A stretch of 64,000 bases of DNA from Sulfurihydrogenibium subterraneum DSM 15120 (GTDB taxonomy: Bacteria > Aquificota > Aquificia > Aquificales > Hydrogenothermaceae). This document shows, piece after piece, positions 1-9,863 of this stretch (position 1 is the stretch's first letter; each line of letters begins with the position of its first letter). The stretch covers positions 101,771-165,770 of the forward strand of contig NZ_JHUV01000009.1 in the NCBI RefSeq assembly GCF_000619805.1. Direction: 5' to 3'. The notes beneath the pieces are model-generated. The model saw nothing but the letters and a program-made list of their open reading frames with translations, was not told the origin of the DNA and ran no database searches. The translations under genes and the position numbers were made by a program.

Positions 1-1
1 T

Positions 2-421
2 TTATCAAATTACATAGAAGGTCAGGTAAAATTAGATAGTGAAGTATCTTCTGAGCTTTTAATTACCATATTTACACCTCAAACTCCTCTTCATGATGGA
101 GCTGTTATTATAAAAGAAGGAAAGGTAGCTTACGCAAGGGCTTTTTTACCTCTTACAATATCTTCAGAAGTTCCTGAGAAAATAGGAACGAGGCATAGAG
201 CTGGAATAGGCATATCTGAGGAAACAGATGCTGTTGCAATAGTTGTTTCAGAAGAAAGAGGAGAGATATCAATTTGTGTAGATGGTAAAATCTACAAAAG
301 TCTGGATATTTTAGGTTTAAGAAAAAAACTCTACAAATTTTTAGGTGTAGAAAAACCCACTACTTTTGAAATACTAAGAAAAAAGTTAAGAGAAAAAAAT
401 GAAGCTAAAAAACAAACTTAA
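2..421 (+). CDS. cdaA: diadenylate cyclase CdaA (DAC domain), 5' truncated at the window edge
   Basis: The frame-2 translation reads ...TPLHDGAVIIKEGKVAYARAFLPLT...GTRHRAGIGISEETDAVAIVVSEERGEISI..., a typical DisA_N/DAC C-terminal region, with a stop at 419-421. Confidence 0.8.
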   Translation, partial: LSNYIEGQVKLDSEVSSELLITIFTPQTPLHDGAVIIKEGKVAYARAFLPLTISSEVPEKIGTRHRAGIGISEETDAVAIVVSEERGEISICVDGKIYKSLDILGLRKKLYKFLGVEKPTTFEILRKKLREKNEAKKQT

Positions 422-812
422 AAAATTAAAAATTGTAGTTTTTGAAAACTTTTCTTTAAAAGTTCTTTCTTTTATTGTGTCTTTTTTACTTTGGCTTAAC
501 GTCTCATCTCAAACCCACTCTAAATTTCAGGTATACAGTTATGTTGATATAATAGATATTCCACAAGATTTAGACGTTAAAAAAATAAAACCTGAAAAGG
601 TAAAAGTAATTTTAGAAGGTAAATATTCAGACAAATTCGATGATATTAAATTAAAAACTTTTGTTAGAGGGGATAAATTAAAAGAGGGTAAAAATGAACT
701 TCCTGTAGAAGTAATTATTAACTCTTCTAAATATAAGGTTGTATCAATACAGCCTGAAAATGTTATAATATTTACTTACAAAAATTCTACTCAAAACAAG
801 GAGAACCAATGA
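399..812 (+). CDS. small YbbR-like/CdaR-like protein with an N-terminal TM segment, in the position usually held by the cdaA regulator
   Basis: The ORF overlaps the cdaA stop, has a hydrophobic N-terminus, and sits in the conserved cdaA-cdaR position. The identity is weak. Confidence 0.4.
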   Translation: MKLKNKLKKLKIVVFENFSLKVLSFIVSFLLWLNVSSQTHSKFQVYSYVDIIDIPQDLDVKKIKPEKVKVILEGKYSDKFDDIKLKTFVRGDKLKEGKNELPVEVIINSSKYKVVSIQPENVIIFTYKNSTQNKENQ

Positions 813-2734
813 TAGAGATTTTTATAGAAGATTTAAACCAAAAGTTTAGCTATCCAGAAGGAATTACATTAAAGGAGATTTTACAAAATCTAAATGGCAA
901 GTTTAAAGATGTTGTTGGGGGGAAGTTTGAGGGAGAAATTGTAGATATACACACTCCTATAAGAAAATCTGGTAGTTTAAAGTTTTTAACAAAAAAAGAC
1001 CCAGAAAGTCTTGAAATTCTTAGACACTCTTTAGCTCACATTATGGCTCAAGCTTTAAAGGAAATCTATGGAGATAAAAATGTTCACCTTGGTGTAGGTC
1101 CTACTACTGAGAATGGTTTTTACTACGATGTAGAGATAGAAGGGGTAAGACTTACAGATGAAGACCTTCCAAAAATAGAAGAAAAAATGAAAGATATAAT
1201 AAAAAATGGCTATACGATAGAAAGGTACGAGCTGCCAAGAGAAGAAGCTGTAAAATTTTTTGAAGAAAAAAGAGAGATATACAAAATAGATATTATAAAA
1301 CACAACATTCCAGAAGGAGAGCCTATTTCACTTTACGAACAGGGGAATTTTGTTGACCTTTGTAGGGGACCACACCTTCCTTCTACAGATAAAGCTGGGT
1401 CATTTAAACTTGTATCAGTGTCTGGAGCTTACTGGAGAGGTAAAGAAACTAACCCAATGCTCCAAAGAATATACGGCGTTGCCTTCTGGACTGAAAAAGA
1501 TCTAAAAGATTATTTAAATATGTTAGAAGAAGCAAAGAAAAGAGACCATAGGAAAATTGGTAAAGAGTTAGAACTGTTTATGATTGATGAGGAAGTTGGT
1601 GGTGGGCTTGCAATATGGCTTCCAAAAGGTGCAATTATAAGAAAAGAGATAGAAGATGCATGGAAAGAAGAACATCTAAAAAGAGGATATCAGCTGGTTT
1701 ACACTCCCCATGTAGGTAAAGAACACTTATGGCAAACAAGTGGACACTTATCTTTCTACCAAGAGAATATGTACCCCAGAATGCAGATAGAAGAGGAAGG
1801 ATATTACGTCAAACCTATGAACTGTCCTTTCCACGTTGAGATATACAAATCAAAGCAAAGAAGTTATAAAGAATTACCTATAAGACTTGCAGAGCTTGGA
1901 ACGGTTTACAGATACGAAAGGAGTGGAGCTCTCCACGGACTTATGAGAGTTAGAGGATTCACCCAAGATGATGCTCATATTATATGTAGAGAAGACCAAG
2001 TAGAAGATGAAATTAAAGAGGTTTTAAACTTTGCGTTAGAAACCTTAAAATCCTATGGATTTGAAGAATTTGAAATTTATCTTTCAACAAGACCAGAAAA
2101 ATCTGTTGGTGATGATAGAATGTGGGAGGTAGCTACCCAGTCTTTAAGAAAAGCTATAGAGTCTACAGGTCTTGATTACAAAGTTGATGAAGGTGGAGGA
2201 GCTTTCTACGGTCCAAAAATTGACGTTAAAATAAAAGATGCCATAGGAAGAATGTGGCAGTGTTCTACTATCCAGTTTGATTTTAACCTTCCAGAGCGTT
2301 TTGATATGTACTATATAGGAGAAGATAACCAAAGACACAGACCTTATATGGTCCACAGGGCTATTTTTGGGTCTATAGAGAGATTTATTGGAGTGCTTAT
2401 AGAACATTATACAGGATTTTTACCAGTATGGCTTTCCCCTGTTCAGGTTAAGATTATTCCTATAGCTGATAAACATTTAGATTTTGCAAACAAAGTTAAA
2501 GACATTCTTTTACAAAACAAAGTAAGAGTAGAAGTAGATGATAGAAGTGAAAGAATGAATAAGAAAATTAGAGATGCGGAGCTACAAAAAGTTCCGTTTA
2601 TGTTGGTTATAGGAGATAAAGAAATAGAGAATAACTCTTTATCTGTAAGAGAAAAAGGAGTTGGTAAAACAGAAAGTATGAGCATAGATAACTTTGTTGA
2701 AAAGATAAGATTTTTAATAAAAGAAAAGAAATAA
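809..2734 (+). CDS. thrS: threonine--tRNA ligase
   Basis: 641 aa with a TGS-like N-terminus and class II aaRS core motifs (HRKIGKELELF, FYYDVEIEG, RGFTQDDAHI) and a C-terminal anticodon-binding domain. Confidence 0.95.
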   Translation: MIEIFIEDLNQKFSYPEGITLKEILQNLNGKFKDVVGGKFEGEIVDIHTPIRKSGSLKFLTKKDPESLEILRHSLAHIMAQALKEIYGDKNVHLGVGPTTENGFYYDVEIEGVRLTDEDLPKIEEKMKDIIKNGYTIERYELPREEAVKFFEEKREIYKIDIIKHNIPEGEPISLYEQGNFVDLCRGPHLPSTDKAGSFKLVSVSGAYWRGKETNPMLQRIYGVAFWTEKDLKDYLNMLEEAKKRDHRKIGKELELFMIDEEVGGGLAIWLPKGAIIRKEIEDAWKEEHLKRGYQLVYTPHVGKEHLWQTSGHLSFYQENMYPRMQIEEEGYYVKPMNCPFHVEIYKSKQRSYKELPIRLAELGTVYRYERSGALHGLMRVRGFTQDDAHIICREDQVEDEIKEVLNFALETLKSYGFEEFEIYLSTRPEKSVGDDRMWEVATQSLRKAIESTGLDYKVDEGGGAFYGPKIDVKIKDAIGRMWQCSTIQFDFNLPERFDMYYIGEDNQRHRPYMVHRAIFGSIERFIGVLIEHYTGFLPVWLSPVQVKIIPIADKHLDFANKVKDILLQNKVRVEVDDRSERMNKKIRDAELQKVPFMLVIGDKEIENNSLSVREKGVGKTESMSIDNFVEKIRFLIKEKK

Positions 2735-2743
2735 GGAGTTAAT

Positions 2744-3781
2744 ATGATAGGTAAGATTCTTGGAATGTTTTCTAACGACATAGGGGTAGACTTAGGAACT
2801 GCAAATACGTTGGTTTTTGTTAGAGGAAAAGGAATAGTATTAACAGAACCTTCAATTGTTGCAGTAGATAAGGTTCAAAACAAGGTTTTAGCTGTTGGAA
2901 AAGAAGCTAAAGAAATGGTAGGTAAAACACCTGAACACATACAGATTATAAGACCATTAAAAGACGGTGTTATAGCTGATTTTGATACAACTCAAGCAAT
3001 GCTTAAATACTTTATCCAAAAAGTCCACAACAACTTTCCACTTGTAAAGCTTATAAATCCAAGACCAAGAGTAATAATAGGAGTTCCGTCAGGAATTACT
3101 ACTGTTGAAAAAAGAGCTGTAATAGATGCTGCAAGGCAAGCAGGTGCAAGAGAGGTTTACCTTATAGCAGAGCCTATGGCAGCTGCAATAGGTGCAGGAC
3201 TACCTATAGAGCAACCAGGTGGAAATATGATAGTTGACATAGGAGGAGGAACGTCTGAAATAGCTGTTATATCTCTATCGGGATTGGTGATATCTAATTC
3301 CATTAGGATAGCTGGAGATGAAATGAACGAAGCTATTATAAACTATCTAAAAAGAAACTACCATATATTAATAGGTGAACAAACTGCAGAAAATATAAAA
3401 ATAAATCTTGGGTCTGCTATAGAATCAGAAAGAGATAATAAAACGATGGAGATTAGAGGTAGAGATATGGCAGGAATGCCAAGAAGTATAACAATTACAG
3501 GTAAAGATATTAGAGAAGCTCTGGAAGATGTTATCATTCAGATTGTTAATGCGGTAAAGTCAACTTTAGAAAAGACACCACCAGAATTAGCTGCAGATAT
3601 AGTTGAAAGAGGTATTGTTTTAGCTGGTGGTGGGTCTTTAATTTACGGACTTGATAAAAGATTAAAAAATGAAACAAACCTTCCTGTTGTTTACTGTGAT
3701 GACCCGTTAACTGCGGTTGCAAGAGGTATAGGAAAAGCTTTACAAAACATCGACCTTATAAAAAGAGTTTCTTTTAGATGA
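2744..3781 (+). CDS. mreB: rod shape-determining protein MreB
   Basis: Actin-fold motifs are present (GIDLGTANTLV, DIGGGTSE, LAGGGSL), and the gene lies upstream of mreC/mreD. Confidence 0.95.
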   Translation: MIGKILGMFSNDIGVDLGTANTLVFVRGKGIVLTEPSIVAVDKVQNKVLAVGKEAKEMVGKTPEHIQIIRPLKDGVIADFDTTQAMLKYFIQKVHNNFPLVKLINPRPRVIIGVPSGITTVEKRAVIDAARQAGAREVYLIAEPMAAAIGAGLPIEQPGGNMIVDIGGGTSEIAVISLSGLVISNSIRIAGDEMNEAIINYLKRNYHILIGEQTAENIKINLGSAIESERDNKTMEIRGRDMAGMPRSITITGKDIREALEDVIIQIVNAVKSTLEKTPPELAADIVERGIVLAGGGSLIYGLDKRLKNETNLPVVYCDDPLTAVARGIGKALQNIDLIKRVSFR

Positions 3782-3793
3782 TAGGTAAAGGAT

Positions 3794-4588
3794 TTGATTA
3801 AAGATGTTAAAAAACTTTTCTTAAAGACTTTAATATTCTTTATACTTATATCTATAACGATAATAATCATTTTTTCCTCTTTTTTTAAAAAAACGTCTAT
3901 AGACCTAATCGGTTTACCTAACAATGTTATTGTTAATGTAATGGAAGCTTTTAAAAGTTTTTCAACATACCTTAAAGACAAAAAGAGTATGGAAGAAGAA
4001 AATAAAAGTTTAAAAAAACAGACAGAGTTCTTAAAGTTAGAAAATCAAAAACTATCTTATTTAAAAACAGAAAATGATGAGCTGAGGAATCTTTTAGAAT
4101 TAAAAAATTTTTACGGTTTTAAAAAGACATTTGTCGCAAAAGTAGTAGGTTTTTCTCCTGACAACTGGGTTAATAGCTTTATTATTGATTTAGGGAGAAA
4201 TGAGGGTATAAAAGAAGGAGATATTGTTGTTAATCGAGGATACCTTATAGGTATTGTAAAGTTGGTAGGAGATAGATATTCACAAGTAATGTCTGTTAAT
4301 GATAAAAATTTTAAAATAACAGTTAGAACACGGAAAACTGGAGAGATTTGTTTTTACAATGGTTTAGATTATAAAAGAGGAATATTAAAGTATGTTCGTC
4401 CTGAGCAAGATATAAGACTTTCGGATATAGTCGAAACAACAGTTGTAAATTCTGGTAGTCCAGAAGGTATTCCAGTGGGGATTGTTAGGAAAATATCTAC
4501 AAAAGAAGGTGAGTTTTTTAGGGATGTGGAGGTGGAAACGTTTTACTATCCTTATAACTTAAACTATGTTTTGGTAGTTCAAAGATGA
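3794..4588 (+). CDS. mreC: rod shape-determining protein MreC
   Basis: N-terminal TM segment, a coiled-coil region, and a C-terminal beta-rich domain, in the mreB-C-D operon position. Confidence 0.8.
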   Translation: MIKDVKKLFLKTLIFFILISITIIIIFSSFFKKTSIDLIGLPNNVIVNVMEAFKSFSTYLKDKKSMEEENKSLKKQTEFLKLENQKLSYLKTENDELRNLLELKNFYGFKKTFVAKVVGFSPDNWVNSFIIDLGRNEGIKEGDIVVNRGYLIGIVKLVGDRYSQVMSVNDKNFKITVRTRKTGEICFYNGLDYKRGILKYVRPEQDIRLSDIVETTVVNSGSPEGIPVGIVRKISTKEGEFFRDVEVETFYYPYNLNYVLVVQR

Positions 4589-5070
4589 TTCACTATGGAA
4601 AGTACTTTTTAATTTTATTACTACTTATTATTTTACAATCAAGTCTGATTTTTAAAAGTTTACTAAATTTAGCTATAGTACCAGATTTTCTTTTGGTTTA
4701 TATTTTTTGGCTTGTGATAGAAGGTAAAGAAACATTAGCAAAAATTGTTGGCATTTTTGCAGGAATATTTTTAGACCTTATCAATCCTGATAAGACTTTT
4801 ATAAACGCATTTTCTTACTTTTTTTCTGCTATGTACATTCTAAGTTTTAAAGCAAAGTTTATACAGTTTAACTTCTTATTAAAGGTTTTAACAATTTTTC
4901 TTTTTAGCTTTATAGTCTACAGTTTAAAGACAGGCTATAGCTACTTTTCAACTGGATTTTTTTCAGAAAGAGACAAGGTTATATTAATATTTTACACTCT
5001 TTCAAATGTAGTGATGATTTATGTAATCTATTACTTAGATACGTTTTTGATAAAAAAAGATGAAGTTTAA
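4585..5070 (+). CDS. mreD: rod shape-determining protein MreD
   Basis: Polytopic membrane protein between mreC and PBP2. The start overlaps the mreC stop. Confidence 0.6.
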   Translation: MIHYGKYFLILLLLIILQSSLIFKSLLNLAIVPDFLLVYIFWLVIEGKETLAKIVGIFAGIFLDLINPDKTFINAFSYFFSAMYILSFKAKFIQFNFLLKVLTIFLFSFIVYSLKTGYSYFSTGFFSERDKVILIFYTLSNVVMIYVIYYLDTFLIKKDEV

Positions 5071-6856
5071 TAGATTTTATTTTTTAATAACTGTTATATT
5101 TTTAGTTTATTTAATTCTTGTTGGAAGACTTTTTTATCTTCAGATAATAAAGGGACAATATTATGCAGAGATATCTAATAGAAACTATATCAAGATATTT
5201 GAGTCAAACCCTCCCCGTGGAAAGATATACGACAGAAACGGTGTTTTACTTGCTTACGATGTCCCAACTTTTGATTTAATAGCTTTTCCTTATATTGTTA
5301 AAGAAAACTATAAGATTGAAGATTTAAAAGTTATTTTAAAAAATCTCTTTGAAATAGATTTAGATGAGAAAAATCAAAATATTATAAAGAAAAATCTACT
5401 TCCGAAGATAACTTTGAAAAAAAATTTAAATCAAAAAGATGTTGAGAATTTTTATAATTATAGCTACATGCTTAAAGGTTTTTATCTTGAAGTTGTTCCA
5501 AAAAGGGTATACACTCCTGAAGCAAACTACTTACCTCATATAATCGGATACGTTGGATACCCAACAAAAGAAGAGGTAGAAAAAAATCCTGATATAACTT
5601 TAAGCACACTTGTAGGAAAAAGTGGAATAGAGAAAATTTATGACCATATTTTAAGAGGAAAAGCAGGACAAAAAGCGGTTTTAGTTGATGCATTTGGTAG
5701 ACAAAAGAAAATCCTCTGGGAAAAAGACCCTCAAAAAGGAAATGATATTTATTTAAGTATAGATATAAGACTTCAAAAGATTATATACGAAACATTTAAA
5801 TCATCTGGACATAAATCTGGAGCTGTCGTTATTGTAGACCCAAACAGTTATCAAATTTTAGCAGCTCTTAGCTATCCTACTTACGATTTACAAAAATTTT
5901 ATGAAGGATTAAAATTAGAAGAATGGCAGGCTTTAACTGGGGATAAATACACTCCTTTAGTTGATAAAGTATTTAGTGGAAGGTATCCTCCAGGTTCTAT
6001 ATATAAGCCTTTAGTAAGTATAGCGGCATTAGAAGAAGGTGTAATAACTCCTGAAACAAGAATACTAAGCGGTTCAGAATTTAGCATAGGAAAGTACAAA
6101 TATAGAAACTGGAATAAAGCAGGATGTGGTTATATAAACGTAGCTCAAGCATTAGAGATGTCGTGCGATACTTTTTATTATCAAGTAGGTTTAAAATTAG
6201 GTGTTGATGATATTTATAAATATACTAAACTATTTGGTATAGGAGAAAAGTTAAATCCTGAGATTGAGAAAAAAGTGGCAATCGTTCCAAATAGAGAGTG
6301 GAAAAAGAAAGTTTTAAAACAGCCATGGTTTCATGGAGATACTGTTAACTTGAGCATAGGGCAAGGTTATCTCTCTATAACTCCTTTTGATGCTACTAAA
6401 ATAGTAGTACCAATAGTAAATGGTGGAAAAGTGTTAAAACCACAGATAATAAAAGGATATTATGATAATAAAAAACAGATGTTTGTATCTCTAAATCCAG
6501 AAGTTATAAGAGTTATAAAGATGAAAAAATGGAATTTAGATACAGTAAGGTATGGTATGTACCTTGTGGTTTATGGACCTCAAGGCACCGCTAAAGCTTT
6601 AAAATCGGTTCCAGTAAAGAATGCTGGGAAAACAGGTACAGCTCAGGTTTATACTTATCTTACACGGCAGAAGAAACATAGTAAATGGGATCTAAGAGAC
6701 CATGCTTGGTTTATAAGCTTTGCACCTTATGAAGACCCTAAATTGGCAGGAGTAGTGTTTGTAGAGCATGGAGAAAGTGGTGGTGGAGTTGCAGCTCCTT
6801 TAATGGCAAATATACTAAAAAGAGCTTTTAAAGAGGGAGTAGTAGATGTTAAATGA
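5060..6856 (+). CDS. mrdA: penicillin-binding protein 2 (elongasome transpeptidase)
   Basis: N-terminal TM plus dimerisation domain and a transpeptidase domain (SIYKP SxxK motif, KTGTA). It lies in the mre operon upstream of rodA. Confidence 0.9.
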   Translation: MKFNRFYFLITVIFLVYLILVGRLFYLQIIKGQYYAEISNRNYIKIFESNPPRGKIYDRNGVLLAYDVPTFDLIAFPYIVKENYKIEDLKVILKNLFEIDLDEKNQNIIKKNLLPKITLKKNLNQKDVENFYNYSYMLKGFYLEVVPKRVYTPEANYLPHIIGYVGYPTKEEVEKNPDITLSTLVGKSGIEKIYDHILRGKAGQKAVLVDAFGRQKKILWEKDPQKGNDIYLSIDIRLQKIIYETFKSSGHKSGAVVIVDPNSYQILAALSYPTYDLQKFYEGLKLEEWQALTGDKYTPLVDKVFSGRYPPGSIYKPLVSIAALEEGVITPETRILSGSEFSIGKYKYRNWNKAGCGYINVAQALEMSCDTFYYQVGLKLGVDDIYKYTKLFGIGEKLNPEIEKKVAIVPNREWKKKVLKQPWFHGDTVNLSIGQGYLSITPFDATKIVVPIVNGGKVLKPQIIKGYYDNKKQMFVSLNPEVIRVIKMKKWNLDTVRYGMYLVVYGPQGTAKALKSVPVKNAGKTGTAQVYTYLTRQKKHSKWDLRDHAWFISFAPYEDPKLAGVVFVEHGESGGGVAAPLMANILKRAFKEGVVDVK

Positions 6857-7980
6857 AAGAGTTAATATTTGAAAAACTTAAAAAAATAGATGTTATTGTC
6901 TTTTTTATAGCATTATTTTTAATTATATTTAGCATTTTTAACATATACAGTGCATCTTACCATGAATTTTCAAACTTATACATTAAACAGATAATTTTTG
7001 CAGTATTTTCTTTTTTTATAATTTTAACAACTACTTTTCTATTTGATTACAGATGGTTGTCTTCTGTATCTTTTTACCTTTACGGTTTAGGTATTTTTTT
7101 ACTTGTTTTAGTAAAGTTTATCGGAACAACGATTTTAGGTGCAAAAAGATGGATTAACCTTGGATTTTTTCAGCTACAGCCATCAGAAGTTATGAAATCT
7201 ATTATGATATTTTTTTCAGCAAATTACATATCATCTTCAAAACTTCCTTTATCCTTTAAAGACTTTTTAAAGTTAATGTTATTTTCGTCTATACCTTTTG
7301 TTTTAATATACACTCAACCAGATTTAGGAAGCGGTATAATGCTTCTATTACCTGTTTTTGCTATGGTATTTTTAGCTGGATTTAAGTTAAGATACATAAT
7401 TGGTTTTGCTTTAGTACTTGTCCTTATTTCTCCTTTAGTTTGGACTCACCTTAAAGATTATCAGAAAAATAGAATAATTGCTATTTTAAATCCAGAAGCT
7501 GACCCAAAAGGAACTGCTTATCATATAATTCAATCAAAAATAGCCATAGGTTCGGGAATGTTAACAGGTAAAGGATACCTTCAAGGTTCCCAATCAAAGT
7601 ACTACTTCTTACCTGAACAGCACACAGACTTTATATTTGCAACTATAGGAGAAGAGTGGGGATTTGTTGTATCTTTTTTACTTGTATCTTTATATCTTGT
7701 TTTATCTTTGAGAATATTTTTTATAGGAAGGCAGTTAAAAGATATGTTTGGAAAGTTTATATGCTACGGAGTAGCTTCTTTAATAGCTTTTCAATCTTTC
7801 ATAAACATTGCTATGAACTTAGCCATAGCTCCAGTTGTAGGAGTACCTCTGCCATTTTTAAGTTATGGTGGAACTGCTTTAATAATGTTTAGTTTTCTTA
7901 TAGGTTTAGTTTTGAATATTTCGTACATAAACAGTAAACAAAGCTTTCAACTATATACAGAAAACATAGGAGATTACTGA
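6853..7980 (+). CDS. rodA: peptidoglycan glycosyltransferase RodA (SEDS family)
   Basis: Ten-TM FtsW/RodA/SpoVE family hallmarks (PDLGSGIML, SYGGTA), immediately downstream of PBP2. Confidence 0.9.
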   Translation: MKELIFEKLKKIDVIVFFIALFLIIFSIFNIYSASYHEFSNLYIKQIIFAVFSFFIILTTTFLFDYRWLSSVSFYLYGLGIFLLVLVKFIGTTILGAKRWINLGFFQLQPSEVMKSIMIFFSANYISSSKLPLSFKDFLKLMLFSSIPFVLIYTQPDLGSGIMLLLPVFAMVFLAGFKLRYIIGFALVLVLISPLVWTHLKDYQKNRIIAILNPEADPKGTAYHIIQSKIAIGSGMLTGKGYLQGSQSKYYFLPEQHTDFIFATIGEEWGFVVSFLLVSLYLVLSLRIFFIGRQLKDMFGKFICYGVASLIAFQSFINIAMNLAIAPVVGVPLPFLSYGGTALIMFSFLIGLVLNISYINSKQSFQLYTENIGDY

Positions 7981-8660
7981 TGGATTTAGAATCTTTAAAA
8001 AATAATCAGTTAGAATTAGCTAAGAGATTAAAGTTGGAAGATAAGATAAACATAAATAAAATAAAGTTAGTAGCAGGTATAGATACTACCTTTTTAGACC
8101 CTTACAAAGAACCTACCTTAGCTATAAGCTGTATAGTTGTTTTAAATTTAGAGGATTTTTCTGTTGTTGAAGTAGTGTTTGGACAAAAAGAAATAGACTT
8201 TCCATACATACCAACCTTTTTAGCTTTTAGAGAGATTCCATCTATAATGGATGCTTATCAAAAATTGAAATCAGTTCCTGATGTTTTTATATTAGACGGT
8301 CAAGGAATACTTCACCCCAGAAAGATGGGGATAGCTTCCCATTTTGGAGTTATTACAGATACAGTTAGTATCGGTTGTGGTAAAAGTCTTTTGTATGGCA
8401 AGTACACTCAAATAGAAAACAAGCCAATGGCTTACAATCCTGTTTACGCAGATGGAGAATTAAGAGGTTATGCTTTAAGAGTTAAAAAAAATACTAACCC
8501 TATCTTTATATCTCCTGGGAATAACATATCCTTAAACAGCTCTCTTTATGTTATAATAAAAACAATAAAATCCTACAAACTACCTGAGCCTGTTAGATTG
8601 GCTCACAACTATTTAACAGAATATAGAAAAAAACTTCTGCAAGAGGTAAAAGATGGCTGA
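7980..8660 (+). CDS. nfi: endonuclease V (deoxyinosine 3' endonuclease)
   Basis: LVAGIDTTF...PYIPTFLAFRE...ILDGQGILHPR matches Endonuclease V family motifs. Confidence 0.85.
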   Translation: MDLESLKNNQLELAKRLKLEDKININKIKLVAGIDTTFLDPYKEPTLAISCIVVLNLEDFSVVEVVFGQKEIDFPYIPTFLAFREIPSIMDAYQKLKSVPDVFILDGQGILHPRKMGIASHFGVITDTVSIGCGKSLLYGKYTQIENKPMAYNPVYADGELRGYALRVKKNTNPIFISPGNNISLNSSLYVIIKTIKSYKLPEPVRLAHNYLTEYRKKLLQEVKDG

Positions 8661-9036
8661 AGAAAAAACAGCAGTTATAGAACTTACAGATCAAGGTTTT
8701 ATAGGTAGAATGGAAAACAAGGATTTTATTTTAAATCTCTCTAACACAACCTTTAACGCCACAGACTTAATGCTTATATCTATCGGATACTGCTTTGGTA
8801 TTACAGTAGATGCTTATGTGAAACATAAAAATTTAAGTATATCTAATTTAAAGATAAACGTAAAAGGAAAAAAACACGAAACAGAAAACAGGTACGAAAA
8901 AGTGGACATAGAAGTGTCCTTTGACGGAGATTTAACTCCAGAACAAAGAGAAAGAATTATCACGATAGGAAAAAGAGGCTGTACTGTAAGCAACTCTATG
9001 ATAAAAGCTCCAGAAATAAACGTAATCTTAATTTAA
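8653..9036 (+). CDS. OsmC/Ohr family peroxiredoxin-like protein
   Basis: 127 aa with the OsmC-like pattern and a conserved Cys pair (GYCFG ... RGCTVSNS). Confidence 0.75.
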   Translation: MAEEKTAVIELTDQGFIGRMENKDFILNLSNTTFNATDLMLISIGYCFGITVDAYVKHKNLSISNLKINVKGKKHETENRYEKVDIEVSFDGDLTPEQRERIITIGKRGCTVSNSMIKAPEINVILI

Positions 9037-9049
9037 AAAGGGTAGGATA

Positions 9050-9289
9050 ATGGAAACATTTTTTTTAGGTGTTATAGCTTTTTCAATGTTTTTTATAGCT
9101 ATTATGTCTTTGATTAGAACTATTTTCTGGGTTATAGTTGCACTAAAAGTTAGAGATTTAGTTAAAGATATACACTCAGATTATAGGCAACTTTACCCAA
9201 AAGTATCTAAGCTGATTGATAATGTAAGTGGAGTGTCGGGAGTTTTAGGAGTTTTTAGAATGTTTAAATTTTTTAGAGGTAAAAAATGA
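9050..9289 (+). CDS. small membrane protein, hypothetical
   Basis: 79 aa with two hydrophobic segments; translationally coupled to the next two small ORFs. Confidence 0.4.
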   Translation: METFFLGVIAFSMFFIAIMSLIRTIFWVIVALKVRDLVKDIHSDYRQLYPKVSKLIDNVSGVSGVLGVFRMFKFFRGKK

Positions 9290-9573
9290 GAAAGTTTATT
9301 AGCTTTTTAATATTTATTTTGGCTACTATAGGATTGGGTTATCTTGTGTATTCAAGAAGGGAAGAACTTAAAGAAAAAATTAAAGATTTGGAATGGAAAA
9401 TAAAAAATTCCAAGTTTTCTCAAAATGTCAAAAGTAAATTTGATGAGATAATCAATGATTTAAAGGATAGAGTTGATAATGTTGACAAAACTCAAGAAGA
9501 TGCTATACTTAATATAGTAGAAGATAAGATAAGAAAGTTAGAAGAATTAATTAAACAGGAGGAAATACGATGA
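9286..9573 (+). CDS. membrane-anchored coiled-coil protein, hypothetical
   Basis: N-terminal TM then a charged coiled-coil-like region; start/stop overlaps with its neighbours. Confidence 0.4.
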   Translation: MRKFISFLIFILATIGLGYLVYSRREELKEKIKDLEWKIKNSKFSQNVKSKFDEIINDLKDRVDNVDKTQEDAILNIVEDKIRKLEELIKQEEIR

Positions 9574-9863
9574 ACAAAAAAGCAGTATTAATAGCACTTG
9601 GTTCTGCTTTAGCAGCTGTTGGAGCGTACTTTGCCTATAAAAGAAAAGATGAGATTTTGGCAAAGTTATCTGATTTACAAGAATCTTTAAAAGAAATTGA
9701 GCTTACTGAGAAAGCAAAAACTGCATTTAATGATGTAGTGGAAAAATTATCATCCTTAGTTAAAAGAGGAGAAGAACTAACAGAAGAACAAAAAGCTAAA
9801 GAAATAGCAGAGCTCGAGGAAAAGGTAAAGAAGTTAGAAGAAGCAGTTAAAACAGAATCTTGA
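9570..9863 (+). CDS. membrane-anchored coiled-coil protein, hypothetical (same architecture as 9286-9573)
   Basis: N-terminal TM (LIALGSALAAVGAYFAY) then a K/E-rich helical region. Confidence 0.4.
   Translation: MNKKAVLIALGSALAAVGAYFAYKRKDEILAKLSDLQESLKEIELTEKAKTAFNDVVEKLSSLVKRGEELTEEQKAKEIAELEEKVKKLEEAVKTES

Noticed and set aside
1055-1303. Short antisense or alternative-frame ORFs inside well-supported genes (thrS, mrdA, rodA, nrdA, glgA, plsX, gatB, ahcY and others in the ORF track).
   Set aside because: They lie inside genes with clear homology-type signatures on the other strand or frame, and their low-complexity F/L/K-rich translations are typical of AT-rich noise.
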